From an uncultured euryarchaeote (lineage in GTDB: Archaea > Thermoplasmatota > Poseidoniia > Poseidoniales > Poseidoniaceae): a stretch of 64,000 nucleotides of DNA. The stretch covers positions 1,891 to 65,890 of the forward strand of contig CAXCCF010000004.1 in the NCBI GenBank assembly GCA_963981035.1. The letters are read 5' to 3'. The notes under the pieces are model-generated. The model had not been told where the DNA came from. It saw only the letters and a list, made by a program, of their open reading frames with translations, and made no database searches. A program made the translations under genes and the position numbers. Below are positions 57,419 through 64,000 of this stretch, one piece after another (positions within the stretch are counted from its first letter, which is position 1; the number at the start of each line of letters is the position of its first letter).

Positions 57419-60400
57419 TCAGTAATCCCAATCTTTGCCTTCGTCACCATCATCGCCACGGCGAAGGATGCCAGCGCTAACGATTACTGCTACAAGTAAC
57501 AAGCCACCGATTAGACCCCATGTCCAACCTGGCACACCAGCAGAATCTCCGCCAGTACCTATTGAGCCACCATCATTATCGTCGATAACAACAACATCTC
57601 TGTGGTATTCAATGCTGTTCATACTTGCTGCTGCTGCTGAGTTACCAAGTCCATCCACAGGCACTGCTGTGAAGTAGTAATCCCATGTTCCTTCAGCGGT
57701 TGGCATTGCAATGTTGATTGTTGTATCAGTTGCACCTGTTGTAGAAACACACTGTGAAGGCATGTTTGCTGCATCGAATGAATCTTGCTTTTGGTAGCAT
57801 ACATTCCAGTGATCAACATCTAATGTTTCACCAGTTGCAGCCCAAGAGACTGTCCATTCTTCACCAACTGCTTGTACGGCCATGTTCATAGCGGATACTC
57901 CACCATCAACTGCTTTGTCGGCAACAATGGTGCCAGCCCCTATAGGACTACTACATCCTTGAGCATTACAAATTGCTACTGAAACGTCGTATGTAACCCC
58001 ATGCATGGTATTAGAACCAGAGTAAGTGTAGGTTTTTGCACCAGCAACTGCGTTTGTGGTAAACGGGAAGTCTGCTTCATCACAGTCATCACCAGTAGTA
58101 TCACATGTAATTGTTACAACTTCTGAATCAGATGAAAGTAATACTGTAGATACATTCCAGCTCATTACCAATGCTCCACCCTTACCGGCTGATGCATCAA
58201 AGGCTGAAATACTTGCAACCGGAACTGCTGCTTCTTCTAGAGCAGCACCAATCAGTACTAGACTACCTGAAGGCAACACTGAACTATCTGCTGCGAGGGT
58301 CACTTCAAACATTGAAGTTGTTCCATCAACATCTTCTGCAGTTGTCGATAGTGATTGCCATAGACCTGAATCTGTCACATACCAAAGTGATGTTGCACCT
58401 AGGCTCTTGTCAAAGATTACATTCATAGATTGTGAAAGAACGTCATTTGCAGTTAAAGACCAATCTGGCGCATATGCGACTACGCCAATTGCATCATAGG
58501 TACCTGTATAACCTGGTAATGTTTGGTCTTCAAATGCTGTTAAATCACCATCAACTGCTGTAATAGAGAAGTCGGTCTTAGCCCAATACTCTATTGCATA
58601 GTTAACACCAATTCCAGAATCTGTAGTTGCAGAACCTACACCATTGTTCCAAATTTCAAGAATCATTTCTTCACTAACTGAAGCACCTTCGGAGTCAGTA
58701 ACTGTAACAGTAACTGCGAATGTCATTACATAATCGTTGATAATTGGGAATTGGCAAATTACACCAGCTCCTGCTACTCCTCCACAACCTGGAAGGGCTC
58801 CTCCTTGGTATGCCCAAGTGTATTCAAGAGATTCACCAGATGCGTCATCTACATCGAATGCTTCAACTGACATCTGAAGTAACTCTTCTTGACCCACGAT
58901 TAGGTCTCCTACTGTGTTCAAATCAAACGATGTGATCATCGGTAGATTGTTTACTACATCAAGAGTCATACTCTTGTGATTGTTTGAAGGGCGTTGGTCA
59001 GAATTCTTTCCATCCATTGATAGTGATGCTTCAAAGGTGTATGTACCTTCTTGTAAGTCTATAATATCACAAGCAAATCCGGTCAAAGTAGGCGGTAGCG
59101 CAGGAGGAAGAACTGATTGATCTTCCCCTAGTTGTGCATGCTGGTATGCCGGAGGGACTCCATCCATACAATCGCCAACAGTACTTGTTTGAGATACTGA
59201 TTCACCATCTTTTGTTGTCGTGAATGTTACATTCCAATAATACAATGATGAGATGTCGCTTCCACGATGTTCAACTTGAACATGTATTCTAGACTTACCT
59301 ACATTCAGGTCGCCAACTTGGCCATCACTGAGCGAGAAGGTTGGATCTCCACTACCATCAGAATTGTAGCCTTGGTAAACTGTAAGAGTCGTGATACGGA
59401 TGTCGTGGAAGTTGTTTAGAGCACCGGTAATTGCATCTGAGTTTGAAGTTGGATAGTCGTCTGAATTCTGAACTTCTTCACACATGTGGAAGTATGTTGT
59501 TTCAGTTTGTGACTCGTTTTCACCTTCAGTAAATGTTTCCCAACATGATTCAAATGAGTCATAATCAACATAGTTCATCAAGGATGCTTCAATTGAGTAT
59601 GCTGCATCAGTGCCAGATGTATCAGGTACAACGCTTCCTTGGTATGTCCATTCTTGTTGGAACAATAGCACAGTGCGTGTTTCATTGGTCACGTTATTTG
59701 GGTCTTCTCCATGACGGAAGGTTTCAACCATGTGGCCGCTTTCTCCAGCGGTTAGATATGTTGTTCCAAAAATATCATTTGTGCCATCAGATGCGGAAGT
59801 AAGATCTCCAGCAACCTTTAGAAGAATTGATACATTTCTAGGATTAAATCCACCTGTTGCAGAACCATTGGAAACAACGGTTAATGTGAAATCTTTTTGA
59901 CCAGTGCCAGTGATTACATCATTACCATTATTGTTGTCCCATGACAGGTCAACAGTAATGTCAACCCAGTCGATAACTGAAACTGAAATTTGTAGAACAT
60001 CATTACCAGGGTCTACATCATCTACAGCATTTACTACTACTTCAACGATATAATTTCCAGCAGCTGGAATCCATTCAATATCTTGTCCACCATATTGGAG
60101 AGTTGTTTTCCCCCCTGCAAGAATTGCTCCTGCAGATAGGTTTGCGTATGGACATGCAAGAACGTCATCACACACTACATCGCCATTTTCCCAAGATAAA
60201 TCGTTACCTTGAGAATCTTTGGCAATTAGTCCAGCATTACCTGAACCGTCATCGAGGTAAACTGTTACAGCGTAACCCATTTCCTCAATTGCTGTATCGC
60301 CGCTATTCTTGATAAAAGCAGCAAAGTTTGTTGTTTCGCCAACTTTTAGCTCGTTACGGCAGCCGTTGTTATTACAACTTGTTTCTTTCGGTGATGTGAT

Positions 60401-60547
60401 AGCAATTGTTTCAGCATCAGCGCCTGTTCGGGCACCTGCTTCCTCAATTACCACAGTTTCTTCAAGCTCGACAAAGTCAATACCAGCAAAAACACTTGCT
60501 AGCATCAAAACGACGAGTATCATTGGGGTCATTTTACGCATTTTCAT
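57419..60547 (-). CDS. Secreted surface protein (1,042 aa) with CARDB-like, PKD-like and FN3-like domains and a PGF-CTERM-like anchor
   Basis: Signal MTPMILVVLMLASVFA. KVGETTNFAAFIKNSGDTAIE...VTVYLDD and GNYIVEVVVNAVDDVDPGND (CARDB-like). VTVTVTDSEGASV (PKD-like). C-terminus VPGWTWGLIGGLLLVAVIVSAGILRRGDD. GGAGG upstream of the ATG. Confidence 0.8.
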   Translation of the reverse strand: MKMRKMTPMILVVLMLASVFAGIDFVELEETVVIEEAGARTGADAETIAITSPKETSCNNNGCRNELKVGETTNFAAFIKNSGDTAIEEMGYAVTVYLDDGSGNAGLIAKDSQGNDLSWENGDVVCDDVLACPYANLSAGAILAGGKTTLQYGGQDIEWIPAAGNYIVEVVVNAVDDVDPGNDVLQISVSVIDWVDITVDLSWDNNNGNDVITGTGQKDFTLTVVSNGSATGGFNPRNVSILLKVAGDLTSASDGTNDIFGTTYLTAGESGHMVETFRHGEDPNNVTNETRTVLLFQQEWTYQGSVVPDTSGTDAAYSIEASLMNYVDYDSFESCWETFTEGENESQTETTYFHMCEEVQNSDDYPTSNSDAITGALNNFHDIRITTLTVYQGYNSDGSGDPTFSLSDGQVGDLNVGKSRIHVQVEHRGSDISSLYYWNVTFTTTKDGESVSQTSTVGDCMDGVPPAYQHAQLGEDQSVLPPALPPTLTGFACDIIDLQEGTYTFEASLSMDGKNSDQRPSNNHKSMTLDVVNNLPMITSFDLNTVGDLIVGQEELLQMSVEAFDVDDASGESLEYTWAYQGGALPGCGGVAGAGVICQFPIINDYVMTFAVTVTVTDSEGASVSEEMILEIWNNGVGSATTDSGIGVNYAIEYWAKTDFSITAVDGDLTAFEDQTLPGYTGTYDAIGVVAYAPDWSLTANDVLSQSMNVIFDKSLGATSLWYVTDSGLWQSLSTTAEDVDGTTSMFEVTLAADSSVLPSGSLVLIGAALEEAAVPVASISAFDASAGKGGALVMSWNVSTVLLSSDSEVVTITCDTTGDDCDEADFPFTTNAVAGAKTYTYSGSNTMHGVTYDVSVAICNAQGCSSPIGAGTIVADKAVDGGVSAMNMAVQAVGEEWTVSWAATGETLDVDHWNVCYQKQDSFDAANMPSQCVSTTGATDTTINIAMPTAEGTWDYYFTAVPVDGLGNSAAAASMNSIEYHRDVVVIDDNDGGSIGTGGDSAGVPGWTWGLIGGLLLVAVIVSAGILRRGDDGDEGKDWDY

Positions 60548-60587
60548 TCCTCCGATGGTTCGGTGAATGTCACCACTTCATGCTTTG

Positions 60588-60595
60588 TATTTATA
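60588..60595 (-). promoter_or_regulatory. TATA-box-like TATAAATA upstream of the 1,042-aa gene
   Basis: The minus-strand TATAAATA starts 48 nt (ends 41 nt) upstream of ATG 60547, with GGAGG between. Position and sequence are only consistent with an archaeal promoter; there is no experimental support. Confidence 0.3.
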
Positions 60596-60800
60596 CTATA
60601 GCAATATAGAGCGTTGGGCAATAAGCACCAATACTCAATCAACCACATACACATTATGCCACCCAGTGTATTGTTTTTGCCGCTAAATAGAGCAGGTTGT
60701 TTGTATAAATTTGGGGGCCATCAGCCGCTCAAAATTATTTTATCTAAAAAATAGAATGGAAATCCTCATAATCATTGAATTTTAAAATATTTCAATCTGT

Positions 60801-60809
60801 AAAAAAAAA
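60801..60809 (-). terminator. T9 tract (oligo-T archaeal terminator candidate)
   Basis: Nine consecutive T on the minus strand begin 9 nt after the TGA of the permease gene. Confidence 0.45.
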
Positions 60810-60817
60810 TCAAAATC

Positions 60818-63800
60818 TCAATGATCTCTAAGTGCCGCAGAAGGAGAGATTTTTGCAGCTTTACTAACAGGAACAGCAGTTGCAATTAGCACCAATAACC
60901 ATCCTCCGAAGAAGACCATTAAGATTGAATTCCAAGGAAGAGTAAACTCAGCCCCCTGTGATTGCCAAAACGCTGTATACAAGGCCCGATGGAAACCTAT
61001 CGCAACGATGACTCCATTCAGCATTCCGAGCACTGAAACCCATGAAACTTCAATCAAGAATGAAACTGTAACCATACGTGAACGATATCCCAGGGCCCTA
61101 AGAACACCAATCGTACGTTTTCGTTCAGATACCGAACGTACAGTCACAACACCAATTCCACCAATCCCAACTATCAATCCGAGAGCCAAATATCCTTCAA
61201 AAATAGCCAAAATGGCCAAAACAAGAGATTGTATTAACAATACTTCTTCAGACAATACCAAAACAGTCACCCCTTCACCTGCCAAATCATGTTCAAGATG
61301 TTCAGCCACCTCTGCTGCTGCAAATCTTGATTCACTTGGCTTTCCTGTAACAGAAAATGATTTTAGTTTTGAAGTATCGAAATCTTCACTCGGATGTGCA
61401 TCATCTGGAACACTCACATATAGTCGTTCCAATTTTCCAGAAAATTGTTGTTCGACAATTTCATCGTTCATCCAAATACCTGCAGAAAACAGATATGAGG
61501 ACTGTTCTAGGAATCCGCCAACCTGTACAATTCTGGTATTTGCAGGGTTAGAACTTTCAATTAGTAAAATTGAATCTCCAATTGAAAAACTCAACGGGAC
61601 AATGGCAGTTTCTTCAGTTGCCGATTCTAGTCCAAAGGAAGCATCAACGAAGACTATGTCGTTACGATTTCCAATTGAATTCCATGCTTCTTTTTCAGTT
61701 AGCCCCAAACTTTCATCCCAAATGTGAAGTGGAAGTCCCCCATGTTGAGAGAATCCTTCATCGAAACCACGCAATAAATATGGCATGGATTCTCCTTCAG
61801 AGTCCTTCAAAAATACTGTTGAGCGGTATACGCCACCAGTGGCATCGATCATCAATGGGTCGGTGGCGTTCAGATTCCATTGCGAGTGATCTTCTCCCAG
61901 TTGTAATGGTCTTGAAGAGGGAGCCATCAATAAAATCTCAAATTCGCCTTCCGCTTCATAGACAAAATCTCCTGAATAATTCTCAAATTGTTCAGCATAC
62001 CCACCCAGAACAATTACTGAAAATACCGTTATTGAGAACATCGCCATTACTACTGCGGTGCGCATTGGTGTGGAAAGAGGGTGAGCAAGCGCAACTGGAA
62101 TAACAGGACCAAGACGTTTTGTCAATATTTTCGCCTTACCAATTCGTTGAACAACAAGAGGTGCTAAACTGGTTAGAACTAACACTCCAGCAAATACTTC
62201 GACTAAACCTAATGTGATGAATGCAAATTCATTCGGCGTAGTCATTGACCTGATTGGGTCAAATGGCGCCGCTAACAAAGTCCAAGCAAGAAGCAATAAC
62301 CCTGTCATTCCGAGAGTATTTCTTCTTCTTTGTCTTGCTAAGTTTGAAAAAAATGTTGACTTTTTCTTGAACTTGAGCGCCAATTGCCAAGTAAACACAG
62401 GAGTTGCTACAATGATAAGACAAATACCTGCTCCAACCCACAATATGTACGACATTCCATTGTCAAGTCCGAACAATAAGAGTCCTAGGCTACAAATTGC
62501 AATTCCTCCTGCCATGAGGATTTGAGTTAGTAACAAAGTCCATGGAACTCCGTCATTATCTATTTTCGCCGTTCCCCGAAGTGCCTGAACGATATTTAGA
62601 TTAGAAGACCACAGCGCAGTCACCCATAATGTTGCAATCGCTATTAGGAAGCCCCAAGCCCACCCGGAAATTACAGAATCAACACTCCAACTGAAACGGA
62701 ATAGGCCTGCTCCAACCGACGAGAATATGTTTGAAAACCCTACACTGATAAGCCACGCCAAAATTAATCCCAACATTGAGCCGAACAATCCGGCAATACT
62801 GGCCACTAATACGCCCTCTTGTACAGCTAATGCTCTAGCATCTGCCTTTCTTAGCCCTAATGCCCTAATTGTTCCTAACTCCTCTCGTCTTGATTCTGAC
62901 AGCATCATTATTATCGTTAGAACGAGTAGGATTCCTGCTGCTATGGTAAATGATCCGAAAACAAGGAACATTGCAGCCATTACACCACTTGATTCTGCTG
63001 CCGCTTCGGCAGATTGTAATTTGACAGGAGACAAGATTAGGTTGTTATCCTCCATTGTTGCCCTTTCATCAAACCATTGCTGAATGGCCGTGATAACTTG
63101 CTGGTTTGTTGTAGAGTTGGGACTTAATGCCCCACCTGATAACAGCAGAATTGAGCGTTCATCATCATCAGCCAGCGCTAATTCCTCGGCATCTTCTAAA
63201 GAGATCAAACCTAACACGATGGAATCTAATTGCTCTAAAGTATCGAACCCCTGTACTGAACTGTATTCTCCACCATACGATAAGCGGGTTGCTGAACTAT
63301 TTCCAAAAGCATATGGTAGCACACCTTTTACCCAAAACTGACTATCATTGTCAAGTGATTCAAGTCCATTCATCCGCGTAGACAGTAGCACACTACCATC
63401 ATCCACAGAAAGGGTGGAGTTTTCTCCGCCAAAAGCCAAAAACATCTGCGGCATTGCCCCAATACCAGGAGAGTCTGAAAGCAATGGCAGACGAATTGAT
63501 TCAATCTGCTGATTATCATCATACCTAAGTAAGCCATTTTCAAATGAACACCAATGCTGGTCGTTGTCAAAATCAATAGATGTTACCTCATCACAAGATG
63601 GATGAATCTCACCTTCTAACTGAGAAACGTTCTGTGTCGGAAATGACGATGATTGTTGCTGTAGCGTAAATGTATCAGAAAAGGTTCCGTTGGTGAAAAT
63701 ATTGTCTGCCCTATAATATTCATCGCTTAATAATCCAGAAACTAGTATGTGTAACCCCTGTTCATCGGCAACGAAGTCGCTAGATAGGATTCTTCCCGAT

Positions 63801-64000
63801 GTTGAAATAATATCTGTTGCTGGTGCTAGTGATTGCAATCCACTATCGAATAATTGAATCGCAATAGAATCATTGCCTTCACTAATCACTAGCCAATGAT
63901 ATTCATCGGAAATGTTGTCTGTATGTGATGCTGAAATTGATAGTATGTTTTTGGAACTTGTAAATGATTCAATATAATCTAAATCTAAATCTTCTTCCGA
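60818..64000 (-). CDS. ABC-transporter permease, FtsX/MacB family with two FtsX modules and large extracytoplasmic domains; N-terminus outside the window
   Basis: Two 4-TM modules with SESRREELGTIRALGLRKADA and SERKRTIGVLRALGYRSRMV signatures. The frame stays open from the track start (GTG 63889) to position 64000 (SEEDLDLDYIESFTSS...), so the gene is 5'-truncated by the window. Confidence 0.8.
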   Translation of the reverse strand, partial: SEEDLDLDYIESFTSSKNILSISASHTDNISDEYHWLVISEGNDSIAIQLFDSGLQSLAPATDIISTSGRILSSDFVADEQGLHILVSGLLSDEYYRADNIFTNGTFSDTFTLQQQSSSFPTQNVSQLEGEIHPSCDEVTSIDFDNDQHWCSFENGLLRYDDNQQIESIRLPLLSDSPGIGAMPQMFLAFGGENSTLSVDDGSVLLSTRMNGLESLDNDSQFWVKGVLPYAFGNSSATRLSYGGEYSSVQGFDTLEQLDSIVLGLISLEDAEELALADDDERSILLLSGGALSPNSTTNQQVITAIQQWFDERATMEDNNLILSPVKLQSAEAAAESSGVMAAMFLVFGSFTIAAGILLVLTIIMMLSESRREELGTIRALGLRKADARALAVQEGVLVASIAGLFGSMLGLILAWLISVGFSNIFSSVGAGLFRFSWSVDSVISGWAWGFLIAIATLWVTALWSSNLNIVQALRGTAKIDNDGVPWTLLLTQILMAGGIAICSLGLLLFGLDNGMSYILWVGAGICLIIVATPVFTWQLALKFKKKSTFFSNLARQRRRNTLGMTGLLLLAWTLLAAPFDPIRSMTTPNEFAFITLGLVEVFAGVLVLTSLAPLVVQRIGKAKILTKRLGPVIPVALAHPLSTPMRTAVVMAMFSITVFSVIVLGGYAEQFENYSGDFVYEAEGEFEILLMAPSSRPLQLGEDHSQWNLNATDPLMIDATGGVYRSTVFLKDSEGESMPYLLRGFDEGFSQHGGLPLHIWDESLGLTEKEAWNSIGNRNDIVFVDASFGLESATEETAIVPLSFSIGDSILLIESSNPANTRIVQVGGFLEQSSYLFSAGIWMNDEIVEQQFSGKLERLYVSVPDDAHPSEDFDTSKLKSFSVTGKPSESRFAAAEVAEHLEHDLAGEGVTVLVLSEEVLLIQSLVLAILAIFEGYLALGLIVGIGGIGVVTVRSVSERKRTIGVLRALGYRSRMVTVSFLIEVSWVSVLGMLNGVIVAIGFHRALYTAFWQSQGAEFTLPWNSILMVFFGGWLLVLIATAVPVSKAAKISPSAALRDH

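Noticed and set aside
1-64000. A search by eye for transposases, integrases, CRISPR repeats, toxin-antitoxin pairs, restriction-modification or known defence-system domains, and rRNA genes.
   Set aside because: None was recognised in any ORF-track translation or intergenic region. The accessory character of the window comes from surface proteins, not mobile or defence elements.

Overview
Archaeal chromosome segment, AT-rich (roughly 40% GC by eye) and extremely gene-dense; five convergent gene pairs end 3-10 nt apart. The archaeal call rests on informational genes: RFC small subunit, PolD small subunit (DP1), Pelota, GatD and an archaeal-type AspRS. It is also supported by tRNA-Val and an intron-containing tRNA-Met(CAU) with a textbook bulge-helix-bulge splice site. 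These are interleaved with bacterial-looking metabolic genes: MetK, PanB, Fhs, a PccB-type carboxyltransferase, NfeD/flotillin, an ALDH8-type semialdehyde dehydrogenase and a LigB-type extradiol dioxygenase pair. More than half of the window (~34 kb) encodes secreted, membrane-anchored surface proteins on the minus strand (878, 3,034, 938, 4,520 and 1,042 aa), followed by a partial >1,060-aa FtsX/MacB-type permease. The gene mix fits a planktonic marine Thermoplasmatota (Marine Group II / Poseidoniales-like) genome, but that taxonomy is inference only. I saw no CRISPR array, transposase, integrase, rRNA or recognisable defence gene. Three candidates for something new stand out. (1) A complete archaeal type IV pilin-like module is encoded in-frame, with no intervening stop, behind the PGF-CTERM-like membrane anchor of the 4,520-aa adhesin. 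(2) The giant proteins share sorting-signal-like anchors and Trp-rich cytoplasmic tails. (3) A split aminophenol/kynurenine-type ring-cleavage gene set includes a LigB(alpha-like)-RidA fusion. The ORF track uses TTG/GTG as well as ATG starts, so I moved several starts to the first ATG with a Shine-Dalgarno-like site.
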